A stretch of DNA of 63,781 nucleotides, filler included, from Collodictyon triciliatum (taxonomy: Eukaryota): NCBI GenBank assembly GCA_043381765.1. It is 23 parts of 23 records of this genome, joined end to end, with 100 filler letters (N's around TTAATTAATTAA, not from the genome) between each part and the next. Parts side by side here need not be neighbours in the genome. Positions count along the whole stretch, not along the records: positions 28,030 to 30,727 come from JBHJMP010008426.1; positions 30,828 to 33,526 come from JBHJMP010008427.1; positions 33,627 to 36,322 come from JBHJMP010008428.1; positions 36,423 to 39,118 come from JBHJMP010008429.1; positions 39,219 to 41,913 come from JBHJMP010008430.1; positions 42,014 to 44,708 come from JBHJMP010008431.1; 17 more parts are not named here. One strand, given 5' to 3'. The notes under the pieces are model-generated. The model saw only the letters and a list, made by a program, of their open reading frames with translations. It did no database searches and was not told the DNA's origin. The position numbers and the translations under genes were made by a program. The first letter of the stretch is position 1, and every line of letters begins with the position of its first letter. Below, in pieces: positions 28,414-42,932 of the stretch.

Positions 28414-30560
28414 TCAAGCGCTGCGGTAGTAGACTACAAAAGTGGTTGAAAAGCCAACCTAATGCAACAGAAAAGACAATAATTAATTCAAAAGGCTGAT
28501 TTTAAAAGAAAAAAAAAGGTTGAGTATACTCTGTCATTTTTTCATTTTTATTTTCCTGTACTTCATTCACTCCTTTGAAAGAAAAAATAATCTAATGTCG
28601 CAAAATATTGTACTTCCGTGGAAGACAATACAAATTACATGTACGGGATATATGACTTTTTTTTCTTCCTCTCAATTTCAAAGATGAGAAGATGCTTTAC
28701 GAGAGAGCGCATTTCCATCAGACTGATACTATCGTCTGTCATCACTACATCACCCGTTACAGCAGGGATTATAATGTCATAGTTTTCCTTGGTCTCAGAC
28801 TAAAATATATTTAAAAAAAAAGCCTAGATGAACTCATGAGGGATATTCCTATTGAATAGGAGACTTTGGGGCAGATGTTTGTGTAGATTATACGAAAGGA
28901 ACTGAATTGAATGGAGCGGGAGTTTGTGGGAGGAACACATAAAATACCCGAAGTTTGATGGAAAGGTATTTGCGAAGTTGCCCACAGTTCAGGCTTGGAG
29001 ATGTTGTGAGGAAAGGATGCGTCAATGGCTTTCCTTGTTTTTCACTCGGGTATGGAGCAAGATAGAGCGTCACCTCCTATGTTTGGAGATATTCAACATG
29101 ATTCGCATTGTAGTCATATTTAACTATAGTGTGTATTAAATAATTGTAAAAAAAAAAAAAAAGTATTGGGCAGAGAAATCACTTCAAAACTTTGGTAAAG
29201 CTAAGGAATGGTTATTGAAAAAGGTATAAGTTATCAAAGGGCCTTCTTTGGGTGGAAGGAAAAAAGTATAAATAAAACATCGGCTTCTGATATGTTTTTG
29301 TGCATTCGAGAGGCAATCAAAAATAAATAAAAAATATATTGCATGAATGGGTACATCAAAATCAGTTCCTGGAGGTGTCTTTGGACGATGCGAACCACTT
29401 TGCTTTGCCTTGGCTATTTTCGAAGGAAATGTAGTAAAGCATCAGTTATCAGATCAAAGTGTAACAAGTTTATGTGATTGCTATCAATTGGATCAATATG
29501 TCATGCTAGTAACCAGGATATAAATCATATGAGCTTATAATATGTGAATCTCAGCATCAGAACCTTTCTCCAGATAGCCTGCTTCTCTGCCGTATTCATG
29601 TTTGGCGGGTTGTTTGTGTATGATTTGAGGCACTAAGCTTTGAATAGACCGACCCATATTTGGCGACTCGACTTCTGCGCTCTGCAATGTGCTTGCAGGT
29701 GCGGTCGGTGTGGCGTCCTTGCTGAAAGGCTGAAGGACAAAAGTAAGAAGAGAAAAAAATTAAATACAGAGTTATAGTCATTTAGAATTCAACTGAGTAT
29801 CAGACATAGGAAGTCGTGTCATGTAAAGTTAATGGTTGTGTATGCTGAGTTTCAAATTGTTTTATTTTTTTAAAAAAAAAAAAAAGAAGGAAGGTAAATC
29901 AACAACCTGCTTTGTTCCTTTTGTGAGCCCTTGCCTTTTCATTCCTTGCTCGACTATTTCTCCTAATGCCGCAAGACTATTCTGCTGAATAGCTGATGCA
30001 ATTTGAACCATGTGCTCTTCGTATGCTTCCTATTCAGACATAAAGTATCATTCGGCTGATTACTGGATAAAATTAAGAAAAAAGAAGGTATATTTAATTA
30101 GAACATTTATATATGTTTATCCCTTCTGAGCTCACCTGGTCAGGAAAGATGGCAGCGATAAGTCCATCCATATTTGTGTCAGGTCGCAATGAACGCTTGG
30201 ATGCACATTTCGTTCGACAGGTTGGGCATTCATGGTTTCTGTGACAAAGGAGAAAAAAAACAGAACGATGGATGGCATGGAATAGAATCTCAAGAAAGTT
30301 GAAAAAAATGACTCAAAGCTTTTGCAGAAAAAAAGAGCTAATTTGATTGGAACAGAATTACTTAAGAAAATGGAATAAGGTGATTCGTTTTGTTCTCTAA
30401 AAAATTTGTCCCTTTACCCAAGTCGAAGTGATTTGTTGATGCATTCCCTACAAAAGCGGTGGAGACAATCCATCACCATCATTGTGTTATTCATCAGGCC
30501 GAGGCATATTGGGCAACTGAGCTCCTGGTTTAGGACACGAATCATAATGCGGCTTTTGAT
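28414..30560 (-). CDS. RING1: RING1/RNF2-like E3 ligase (PRC1 core subunit: RING plus RAWUL-like domain)
   Basis: [72 protein letters not shown]-terminal [10 protein letters not shown]...[22 protein letters not shown]...FVVYYRSA*. Confidence 0.88.
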
Positions 30561-30827
30561 CTAGTTAGTAGGAGAAAGTCTTTATTCAACAAAATAAGAT
30601 GATGATTGATGATTGATGATTGATGATTGATGATTGATGATTGATGATTGATGATTGATGATTGATGATTGATGATTGATGATTGATGATTGATGATTGA
30701 TGATTGATGATTGATGATTGATGATTGNNNNNNNNNNNNNNNNNNNNNNNNNNNNNNNNNNNNNNNNNNNNTTAATTAATTAANNNNNNNNNNNNNNNNN
30801 NNNNNNNNNNNNNNNNNNNNNNNNNNN

Positions 30828-30876
<49 letters not shown>

Positions 30877-31327
30877 AAAAAAAAAGAAAAAGAAAAAGAA
30901 AAAGAAAAAAAGGTAAGATAGCAGAAGCAGAAACAAAACGCCATCGTTCAAATACAACAAAAAAAAAGAGGTTGGTGTGGATGACCTAATGCCAGTTTAT
31001 TGACCACGTCTGCACCCAAAGATGTCGTCCTCTCATCCGAGTTACAAACGCGATACAGAAAGACTACAAGTTATCTCTTCGTTTTTTAGAATAGACAGCC
31101 AGGAGACTTTGTCACCAATCAATATAACAAGGGGCTGTGGATGGGACAGAAGGGTTTATGGGCATCAAAAAAACATCTCATAGGCACCGGGAGGAGGCTA
31201 CGACGATTTAACTGAATCAAAGTGATATTCGTGTGCTGGTGTGTCCAAAGTAGAAAATGTCTGTAGCGTACGCTGAGAAGAAACGTATCATGGGTGAATG
31301 GTTACCACATAAAAATGACAGCTGTTT

Positions 31328-32056
31328 CTAAGACGATGCAGCCAGAGACTGTGCAACGTTTTCCTGAATAGGATTATTGGATTAGAGAGGATACAGCATA
31401 GCGAGTGTTGTATGCTTGCTTCTCGTAATTATAACGGGTGTAGTTTATGCATACCAATGAGCCAGGAATAAGTTCAACAGTGACAATGATCCGAGGCTTT
31501 ATTCCCTTGTTGCCGCCCTCCTTAACCTGGGATGTCTTGATGGCTTTGGTGAGAAAAAAAAGTGGATCAATATTCGTGGAGCAACTTGTAGGACAAATAC
31601 ATGCATATCGAGCCAGCTTGGGTCGGGCTCGGATATGCTGATAGTTAACAAAGACACGGTCCAAGTCGAGCAAATATGCTGAGACCTTCATATAGTAACC
31701 TACATTTGACTGTAGCAATCTTGTTGTTTTTAAGGATTTCTGCCACGGATATGGTCGAGGTAATAGCTGCAATTACATAAAAAAGAGCTTAATTAAAAAA
31801 AAAACATGGACACAAATAAATATACATGTGTGACGTTTTTATGAAGGGTAGTCTTTATATCTTAAACGCCTCTATTATTGGATGTAAAACAAAGCAACGC
31901 AAGACCTGATCCAAGACCGCTGATCTCCAGAACTGGATGAGAAGAAAAGATCTTCTTTGCCAGACTAACATAGAAATAAACGGATTTCTTCTGTGATACA
32001 GCAATCACGTTCTTTGCGTGTTGCGGAAGAGCTTGAATCCCTGCTTGGTCAGCCAT
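31328..32056 (-). CDS. Alba DNA/RNA-binding protein, complete, 4 coding exons
   Basis: MADQAG...NVIAVSQKKSVYFYVSLAKKIFSSHPVLEISGLGS|AITSTISVAEILKNNKIATVK|.IKTSQVKEGGNKGIKPRIIVTVELIPGSL|ENVAQSLAASS*. Confidence 0.9.
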
Positions 32057-32937
32057 GTGCTTCTACAAACGTCAGCTTAGTGAGTCTTCGCTAGGAAAGC
32101 AAAAGCAACACCAGGTCGAGGCAGTTTGGGCTGAGTGCCACATAATTGGGTAAGGACAGCGGACTTGTTAAAACACTCGAGCCCGCTTCGGCTCCTGCGA
32201 TGTAAGAATGGCTGCAACCAGATTGTAACGAAAGAGCCGATCACCGTTGATTCTCGGAAAGCCTTTGAAACTCTCATGGGAAGAGAATGGTTTGGCTGGG
32301 GAATTACCGGATTCTCTCGATCCGAGATCAAATCCAGATCGCCGACTCGCGTTGGCGGGCGGCTGTGCAGACGATTGCCACAGCTGGTTGGATACAATCC
32401 TCCCGCTCATGCATCACCTCCACCACCACGCAAGCTTCGGAGAATTCAGATCAGCCTCATTTTTTTCTTTGTGGTATCGATACCAATCTTATAACCAAAT
32501 AAGGACAACTGTACCAAGCAATCTGGTTTTACATTTGTGGAATGAAGGGCAGAAGGGTGGGTTCCTTATATCGCTTGCGATTTGCGATTTGCGAATTCTT
32601 GTCTTGGTAGTGTTTATTGAGTGAAAGAGTCGGATCGGTGAAAATAAGATTCATCGGAATGAGTAAAGAAAGAGTAAAGAAAAAAATCTTTGAAACCAAA
32701 ATATATGACAGGTGACTGTATAGTGGAATCCTATAGCATATTAGGCAAAAATGCCAAGACGATACGCAAAGGTCTCACATACGCGAAGCAACACACAGAC
32801 ATCGCCTCGTATGAAATAGGAAAAAAGTGTTGGTAAATTCCGTTCTTATGATTGTTGGCATCTATGAATCCTATATGTTTCATTAAATAAATTCAGATTA
32901 AAATGGTTAGTTAAACATTTTTCTACCGTTGTAAATA

Positions 32938-33321
32938 CTATTTGGAGCTCGCCCACTTTTGTAAAAAGGCACTATTTAGAATTGTTATCGATTGCCTCAG
33001 ATTTTCGCCTTTATTGCCCTCATTCTTTTGCATGCTTTTTAAATGTCGCTCAGGATGGGTTAAGAATGAGTGCACCTTGTCGATGATGTTAAAGCTAGCA
33101 GCTCTCATCAGATAAAGTACAAACACAGGTAAACCAACGAGCTGACACACACGCGGAAAAGATCAGGAAGCACTTTATCATCACAGGCATACCAATAGAG
33201 CAAGTAAAATAAGCAAGAGATACAAAAAAACATTTGCTGCATATATTATTTTACAAGGCAACTCTTTCAATCAAGAATGTCATCACTTGGCACATGTGGA
33301 CTTTGATTTCTTCCATTAGAA
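32938..33321 (-). CDS. C-terminal exons of a single-pass membrane protein
   Basis: Removing two ~50-nt GT-AG introns gives ...HVPTNVFLYLLLILLALL|LVGLPVFVLYLMRAASF.... Confidence 0.45.
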
Positions 33322-33444
33322 TCTTATCGAAAAGTAAATGGTGACAATGTCGGTATGCCATCAGATAAGGAAAAGTAGTGAATACGTAGAGATATCATGG
33401 TTGCATAATGTGCAATATGAGATAGTGATAACAATAACAATAAC

Positions 33445-33526
<82 letters not shown>

Positions 33527-33712
33527 NNNNNNNNNNNNNNNNNNNNNNNNNNNNNNNNNNNNNNNNNNNNTTAATTAATTAANNNNNNNNNNNNNNNNNN
33601 NNNNNNNNNNNNNNNNNNNNNNNNNNAAGCAATAATAATCATAATAATCATAATAATCATAATAATCATAATAATCATAATAATCATAATAATCATAATA
33701 ATCATAATAATC

Positions 33713-33778
<66 letters not shown>

Positions 33779-33838
33779 GTAATAATAATAATTTGAGACC
33801 CATATAAATATTTTGATTTTATCCTTTTCTATAATTAG

Positions 33839-36191
33839 GAATCCAATAAGTGAGATGATTCAAATGGAAGTCACCTCCAACAACAGAGACCTCATTTGTA
33901 CTAAACATACTTTTCTATATTGCCCCATTTCCCCTAATTCTTAAGGAATCTTCCTCTAAGAGCCGCACATTTCATCATATTTGCACAATATGAAGCAACA
34001 ATATGCTAAGTTAAAAAAAAAAAATAGGTGACCCAATAGTAACTCTTAATCCCAATGAGACGGCGACATATGAAATCATTTATTTGCCTCGTAAGTATTT
34101 TCATTATATAAATCTCTGTGACTTATCCTTACATTTTTCCTTTAATATACCTCTGACCTCGGCTTATTCCCACCAATTCAGTATTTATTGGGTTCAGACA
34201 GGCATCTGTTTCGTTCTTTAATGCCAATGTTGGAGAATTCTGGTAATTTTTGTATCTTTTGCATCGCTTTTGTTTATAAAAAAATCGAGGAATTGCATCG
34301 TACTCAAGAAGACGATTATTTATATCGACGACTAAACATGTACCTCCATCCCCTATATTTTAACATTATTTTAGGTATCAATTTGAATTAGATTCCAATG
34401 AAGCCCCTGCAGAAGACTTACCCATTTTTTCTGTGGAAATAGGGAAAACAGCTGTAAATAATTCGCTTGATTTGATATTTTCCTTCCTCTACATCGCTAT
34501 TATAATTTATATATCATTATCATTATCATTATCATTATCATTATCATTATCATTATCATTATCATTATCATTATCATTATCATTATCATTATCATTATCA
34601 TTATCATTATCATCAATTTAATAGCCTTGAATAGCTAGAAAAAAACATAGCCTTTCGAATAAATTATGTTGTTGATGTTGAAAGGAACATGTAATCGTCA
34701 TTGAAAACCCCTTGCCGGATGACGTTGTGATGAGAGTAACGTCAAGTAATCCCAAAGTCTTCATGGTTCGCAAGATTGAAATGATTCTACCTGGTGACGG
34801 GCAATTGGAAATTCCAGTTGTCTACTGCCCATCAGCAATAGACCAAGTAATAAGTTATCTTAAACCGCATATATATTTCATTATTTATTCATTCAGATAT
34901 TTTAACAAAGGATGAAGTTGCGGTCATTAAATGCGAGACGGCCTTGATTGGAAACTTTGGTTATCGCGCCACGGGAAGAGGACTGCCTCCAGGCGTCATG
35001 ACTGAGCACGTAAATAAAAACAAGAGAAAAAAGCCAATCACAAAAAATACCACTTAGTCATATTCTCTCTATCATCATGAATATTATCCTCGACATCAAT
35101 ATCAATATCAATCGCATAATGAGTTTTTGTTCTTCAATCTAGATTATTACGTCGACAGTGAATCAGACAAACTCCTCGGTGATTATATTCAAGAATCCGT
35201 TCTCTGTTACTGCGTCGATTGAAATAGTCCTCGATACACAAGAGCAATCTCCATTCACGGTGAATTTTATAAAACAATAACCGTAAAAAATAAATATTAG
35301 AAACAAACCATTATTACTGCTTAATCGCTTCCTCTGTACTATTTCAATTAGACATCTGATTAATTCTATATATTAGAATGTTACCGCTCTGCAAAATGAT
35401 GATGATTAGTTTTTTTTTTCTATCTTTTTTTAAATGGGGCTTCACTCTATCGTTTTGTAGTTACTACTCAAAAAAACTAGTGGGGTGTCTGTGCCAGGTT
35501 ACGGAGAGTTCCATATACCGATATCTTTCTATCCCGATAAGTGAGTTTTTCTGGGTGGTGCATGTAATTCTTCCGATGCAACGCGTGAACTCTATTCCTC
35601 AATATTTATCAAATTGCTCTATGGAAGAAGGAATCACTATTCATATATCTTGGAATATAGGCTAAGTACGTGGACATGTGCAGCTGTTGTTAGGGTCAAA
35701 GACATGCAGTTCGTATTCCCTGTCAAAGTGAGATAGCCAACAAAGTCTCCAAAACGTTTAATTTGTTACACATTTTGCATGCATCATCTATCATTACCCC
35801 AACTAATCTAATAGTAACCATAACATAAGTTGTATTCATTTAAATCAAATGGCATGATTAACATACACGGCTCTCACTACGCGATGCACAGGGGATGGCT
35901 GAAGCTCCGCTGCACGAGTATGTTTATAGTTTCTCTGTTCGAGCAAGAGAGCACTTTGAGGATGAGTTTTCCGTTCACCTGGAAGGACTGGAAAGCAGTA
36001 AGAAGGAATGAATCGATGAATCCTTCCATATCAAGCCTCAATAGTGAACCAAGCTGATTAATTAACCAGACAATAAAGCGTTTTTTTTTAGCTGCATATG
36101 CTAATAGCGGTTTCTTTATTGATTTTCTAATTAGTCATAAGTGCGTCCGATCTGGATTACGATATTGAAATTCCAGAAGATGTAAAACAAG
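33839..36191 (+). CDS. CFAP47: Cilia- and flagella-associated protein 47-like, internal exons
   Basis: Spliced: VSFFNANVGEFW|YQFELDSNEAPAEDLPIFSVEIG...IENPLPDDV...VVYCPSAIDQ|...YRATGRGLPPGVM...IIFKNPF...|LLLKK...IPISFYP...FVFPVK|GMAE. Confidence 0.78.
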
Positions 36192-36582
36192 GTACTGAAG
36201 TTTCGTAATCGTAATCGTAATCATAATCATAATCATAATCATAATCATAATCATAATCATAATCATAATCATAATCATAATCATAATCATAATCATAATC
36301 ATAATCATAATCATAATCATAANNNNNNNNNNNNNNNNNNNNNNNNNNNNNNNNNNNNNNNNNNNNTTAATTAATTAANNNNNNNNNNNNNNNNNNNNNN
36401 NNNNNNNNNNNNNNNNNNNNNNTTAGTATTATTATTAGTATTATTATTAGTATTATTAGTATTATTATTAGTATTATTATTAGTATTATTATTAGTATTA
36501 TTCTTGTTGTTAGTATTTTAAAAGAAAAGATGAATAATATAAAATGCGTTCAAAAGAGGTGGTCATTATGCATGATAAGTAC

Positions 36583-38878
36583 CAGTTTGCATGGTGGAAA
36601 ATCTCGCGAGTTTTGTTGCCATGATCTCAGAGAATCTTTCAAGTGTTTTTGACAGAATATTTGCTTTGGCTTCCAGACTAGAGGCGGTGAAAACATAAGG
36701 GCCTTCCGGGCGAATAATCAGTATGTCCAGAGGAAAAAGGTCTGATAAAAATGATAAAATTCGTTTGTCGTTTATGTCACAGCTATGTTTACCAAAAAAA
36801 AAAAAAAAAAAATAATCATCATCAAAGCCTGCTAAATTTTCTTAAAATATCCATGACCATACCTGATTCAACATCGACTAACCAAAGGGCTTCAAGGTCA
36901 ATTTGCGTCAAAATCTTCTTTTCTAAGTTTTATTTATTTGTTTGTTTTGTTTGCCAGTAGAATAATATGTTTCTTGATAATTCTCACAATTAGTTAAAAT
37001 TGAGAAGTTGATGATTTGGTCATGAAACTTCATCACTTGTAATGAATTTCTCTCGTGAGAAGAAATTCAATTGTAGAATATGAAAATACATTAAAGTGAG
37101 TTGAATAACATCTCCTAATACACACCAGCGCATATCAAAAACGTGTCCGAAAACAGGATTAGGGTGCTTTTCTTAAGCTTCGTGTTCGATGAATTTCTAA
37201 TGCGCCGTCGTTTGTACATGCAATTTTTTCCCCAGAGAACAAAAGATATATCAACAATCATTCATTAGTATGACTGGTTCGAATTTGGTCTATAAAACTG
37301 TGAAAATTAATTACATGAGGTAATCATAAATTAAAATCTTGCCCCGAGTTGATATTTCCATTCACTTCAGTAATGTAGTGCCTGGTCGGTGATAGTATTT
37401 TCTGTATTTATAATTCAAAACAATTATCGAAGATTGCATCGATGTTCTGATGATTATTTTTTTATTATTATCACGCGTCTTTAAAAGATATATGAAGAAT
37501 GAATCAAATTACATCAAATCCCTCAATATTTCGAAGCTTATCGTTTATATACGCAGTCTTGATGTGGCTGTGATAAATAATGATTATGTCACTAATGAAT
37601 AGCATAATAGGAAGGCTATGTTACTCTTGTCTGTTTTTCTTTTGAGTTCCTTTGTCGTTTGTCGCATAAGGAGGCAACACATGATGAAGGAAAAGGAAAA
37701 AAAGCGATAAATGAAAACTTGTTTGCGCGAGCTGCAGTCGCTTTGATGATATTATATGCTTTTTGGATGTCCTAAACGAATCATGGGATCGTGATTATAA
37801 AAATTTTCATGAATGGTATATTCATAATGTATACAATATGATAAGACTTATTTTCTGTTAATGTTTGTCATGAGATATATGTGATGTGCCAAAAGAGAGT
37901 TAAATGTGCTTTAAGATAAATATAAATATATATATCGGGTTTATCTAAAGACTAATGAAAGAATTGGGTATACATCATATCCAGCCTCTGAAATGTCGGT
38001 ACATTTTATTATTTCCTGGGATTGGATGCGTTTAGCCAATTAATAGATTCAACGTTCATCAATCATGCTATTTAAATTGAAATATTATCAGTACCTCAAG
38101 CAGCATTTTATATCGGGGTATTCTTTGGACTGGCTGAATCAAAAGGGACAGTAAGTCGAGCCCTAGAGACTGAGGGTGATTGGTCACTTCCTAGATGATC
38201 GAAGGTGTTGGGGTTATACATGTGTGCCACTTGTTTGTCTATCACCTTAATGTAATGGTGTAATTCGCACTTAAAAAAAAAATCAGGTCAAGATGCATTC
38301 AAGTGAGAAAGTTGTAACAATCCAAGTACTTAGGTTTCGTACATTATTCGATGCGCACACATATGATTTTAATAAAGAAATGTTTTGGGAAAATATGTGA
38401 ATCCAAACCTTGACAAATGTTTCATATGCGGGTATCCTGATACATCTTTGGTAAGTTGCTGCCGCTGTCTCATAGTTGTCGATATAAACATCATACAATT
38501 TCAAGAATTTTTCCTAGATCAAATTTTAAATTTTGAAATAAGATTACTGCAACCGGGAAAAAAAAACATTTGGTATCAAAATGGTGTAATTACGAATAAA
38601 TCAACACGCAATCTAATGAAATATGACTGTGTCATGAGTTGGTATTAACTGCTTCTATAAATGCACTGCTAATATCCTCGAGTGGAGTAGATCCACTCAC
38701 ACTTTTTTTTAAGCTTGGAAGGATGAGGCCCTGCAGATGGATAATGAATATGTTTGGAGTTGGGATGTCAGTAGACTTTGTTCAAAATGTGCATGAAATA
38801 GCCGTAGAAGATGGAATTCTTCAAAAAAAAATTACTTTGTGAACACCAAGAATGGATTCTGAAGCAGAGAATATTTTT
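36583..38878 (-). CDS. Dbl-family RhoGEF (DH-PH), internal exons
   Basis: KIFSASESILGVHK|...FLKLYDVYIDNYETA...|LDLLSLLIQPVQRIPRYKMLLE|EIIKCT...; PH-like segments LILFSDTFLIC and PYVFTASSLEAKANIL. Confidence 0.88.
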
Positions 38879-39218
38879 CTTTAACAAGAAATAGAATCAG
38901 TACATAATTTGCAAAATTAGTTTATGAGTGTATCGCAGTGATATGAGAATGAGAAGAATACGATTCAGATGAATCTCGTGGTTATTTTCGTTCAGTTTCA
39001 TTTTGTTACGATATTCGTTTTGTTTTGTATTGTTTTGTATTGTTTTGTATTGTTTTGTATTGTTTTGTATTGTTTTGTATTGTTTTGTATTGTTTTGTAT
39101 TGTTTTGTCTTGTTTTGTNNNNNNNNNNNNNNNNNNNNNNNNNNNNNNNNNNNNNNNNNNNNTTAATTAATTAANNNNNNNNNNNNNNNNNNNNNNNNNN
39201 NNNNNNNNNNNNNNNNNN

Positions 39219-39295
<77 letters not shown>

Positions 39296-39449
39296 AAAAA
39301 CAAAAACAAAACAAAAACAAAAAAAAATACAAAAAGAAACTTTCTCAAAATTCCCTCTTTCATTACTCTGCACAAGAGACACCGAAAAAGAATGAACAGA
39401 AACTAAACCCAATCTGCACAAACAGCAAAACATAGCAGACACCACGGGT

Positions 39450-41723
39450 ATGAGGCTTTCCCTAAGATTTAGCGCCGCTTCTCTACTCCTTCTGCTCGGC
39501 GTTTTGTCAGGCACCCTTTGTGACCAAAAGTCACATCGCTACGAACTAAAAGACGAAGTCTCTCTCTATGTCAACAAGATTGGGCCGTACTCGAATCCAT
39601 CCGAGACATACGCATACTATTCTCTTCCATTTTGCACTCCACATAAAGTCCAAAAAAAACATGCCAGTCTGGGAGAAAAACTGGACGGCGATGTGATGGA
39701 AACGTCTCTTTACGACTTGAGATTCAAAGGTTCGAAATCTTTAAATCTCTTTCATATGCAGATATATATATAATTCCAGGTATGTATCATCAATCATTTG
39801 CCATTATTGTATTCATTTTATAGTTGATGTCGAATGGCAGGCCATTTGCAAGGCACAATTTGATAAAGAGGATGTCAAGAGCCTGCGAAAGGCCATAGAA
39901 AAAAACTATTACTTTGAATTTGTATACGGTAAGTTGAAATGTTTCAAACAAAGTCATGAGAATGACGAACTATTGTCTTACTTTCTATTCAAGATAGAAA
40001 CGTATTTTTTTATTGAGGCTAAGGGTGGTTTGTTTTGTCCTCATACTACTCTCCTTTCTTAGGATCATTACAATCGGCTTTTGTATACTTTTTTTTCCAA
40101 TAAAAATATTTCTATGATAAAATCTTAGATGATTTGCCTATGTGGGGGTTCATCGGAAACACTGATGTACTTATTGATGTTGATGGACAGCACAAAAATC
40201 GCTATTTCCTCTATACCCACCTTCACTTCAAGATTGCATTTAACAAAGATCAAGTATGTTTGTCGAAGTTTGCTTATTTATTTATTTCCTCATATTTGTT
40301 CTTTCTTTTCTTTCTTTTCTTTCTTTTTCTTTTCCTCAGTATGTCTCGATGTAAACATAAATATTCTTCTCATAACAGTATCAATCCCCTCTAGATTATT
40401 AGTGTAAATGTCACTTCCGATGCTTCACAAATGAAAGAGATTGGAACAGATCCCCAATCGATTGAATTTTCCTACTCTGCAAAATGGATAGAGACAAGCC
40501 TTCCTTTCAAACAGAGAAGGTACTCTTGATAGACATTTATTTCCTGCAGTCAAACCAATTGTCTCATTTTCTTTTTGATATGTATATATACTACAATCAC
40601 TGCGTTTCATGAATACCTCTTATAATCCATAAATTTATGCCCAAATCTTTTGGTGACAGCAAAAAAAAAAAAAATAATCAAAAATTGAATATATAATGAT
40701 TTCACTTCATTATAAGAATGCACATGCCACATTTTTCTTCTTCATCACAATCACCCACTCACACAAGCATATTACCTCTTCTTTCTCTCGGAAATAGGAG
40801 CGTTTATACCCAATACAGTTTCTTTCCTCGTGAACTTGAAATCCATTGGCTTTCCATTATCAATTCCCTTGTTCTTGTTGTTTTGCTCACTGGGTTCCTC
40901 GCAATTATCCTTATTCGAGTTCTAAAGAACGATCTGATTCGCTATTCTAAAGTTGAAGAGGAAGAAGGAGATGGTATGCGACGCAAGTTGCATTTCGCTA
41001 TCACACGATTTTGCTCACATCTATTTTGAGATCATAATGTAGACCTTTTTCTTTCAAAAATTTAAATCTAAATATAACATGCAGCGGAAGATGATTATGG
41101 ATGGAAGCTCGTGCACGGAGACGTATTCCGATTCCCCCGTCAGAAATCAATTTTTGCATCACTTGTTGGGATAGGCACGCAGATGCTCACTGTCGGGTTC
41201 TGTTTACTTGGTCTTGCTCTGGTTGGCGTCTTTTACCCCTACAATCACGGTTCTATGTATAGTTCAAGCCTGTTTTTGTACCCTCTGACATCAGGTAATA
41301 CACTACACCACACATTATCTCGAAACAGGTGTGGCGAACTTATGTCCTCCATAGGACATATTCATCTATCCTTGGATTGTTTTCTTTCTTTCTTTCTTTC
41401 AAGATTATATGTTTTCTGGAAGACAATATTTTAATTTTCCTCATTATTTTCGATAGTGATCAATCATTGGTCTGTTTCCCTTTATATAATCATTCTTTAT
41501 TGCTCTTCTATCAACATAGTAATATCCGGATATACATCAGCCTCCCTGTACAAAAAAATGGGAGGTGAGAAATGGGTTTGGAATATCGTGCTCACTGTGA
41601 CGATATTTGCGCTCCCTGTCTTTGCTGTATCGACCTTCCTCAATACCGTGGCAACAATCAAGACATCTTCTATGGCCGTTCCGTTCCTCACTGTGGCTGG
41701 AATCGTCTTTGCTTGGGCATCCG
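39450..41723 (+). CDS. TM9SF1: Transmembrane 9 superfamily member (TM9SF1-like), first 7 exons
   Basis: Signal peptide, [73 protein letters not shown]. Confidence 0.93.
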
Positions 41724-41818
41724 GTATTGCTTCAGCTAATTTTTTTTTCATGCATATTCATTAGATGACCCGCATAACCTTGAAATGAATCCACATGTTA
41801 TTGGTATTGCAGTACTTT

Positions 41819-41910
<92 letters not shown>

Positions 41911-42932
41911 TGANNNNNNNNNNNNNNNNNNNNNNNNNNNNNNNNNNNNNNNNNNNNTTAATTAATTAANNNNNNNNNNNNNNNNNNNNNNNNNNNNNNN
42001 NNNNNNNNNNNNNTTTTTTTTGTTTTTTTGTTTTTTTTTGTTTTTTTTGTTTTTTTGTTGTTTTGATCTAAACCTCCAATTGACTGATGTTGTCTTTACT
42101 CCCTTGTGGCCTCACAGCGCCATAACCTACTTACACTCACACGTAAATTACATTAATACATTAAATTTTATATATAAAACAACATGTCTCGATCTGTGGT
42201 TGTGCTTTATTATAAACTATATAATTTCCAAAATTGTATTAGAAAAGGGAAGAAAACGCCACAGTCAGGAAGACCACAACGTTGCTCGAATAGTGCCAAC
42301 CGCAACCGGACTGCTTCTTGGAAAAATTATGGTGGGGGTTTTTGCTTCCCCATAACATAACAGGTATGATTCAATTTTTTGAGCCACACCACAAGAGCCA
42401 AGGAACGCGAATCATTGTCAATGGCACGGTCTGTTGAGATGTCCAGCTTACTCAGTAGATTGACAGGTACTTCAATCTGCGTGCTGAAGCATAATTTATT
42501 CTTCTGGGAATGGCGCTTTGGCCACTGGCAGGTAGGCATGGAGCGTAATAAGATAAAGTAAAAAAGCAGGCCAAAAGACACAGAGCAGCAGAGTTGAATG
42601 ATTCATGCGTGAATGAGACGTTCGATTTCTCAAATCCCGTTCCTTCGCGGAGGAAAGAAAACTTCAAAACGTGTAGTTCGTGCTTTGGTGTTTCTTTGAA
42701 TATTTAGGCTGAAGTCTGGAGTAAGGCTGCGTCAGGCTTGTTATATTTTCTTCTCCAGTACTTCTCCGTGATGGAGTGGCGAGTAGAACGTACCGTGCAA
42801 CCTGAAGAGATAAAGCTAATTGTTAGCTTTTGCGCACGAATGTTTCCTCCTCTCATCAAACACCCCGTCAAGCGAGGTTGATAGGTATTTAACTTCCTTC
42901 AAACACAAGGGCAGATAGCTGTGGTTGTCTCC

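Noticed and set aside
33100-33195. GTGATGA...CTGA box C/D-like motifs on the minus strand
   Set aside because: The motifs straddle a ~50-nt intron and a coding exon, and I recognised no rRNA guide complementarity.
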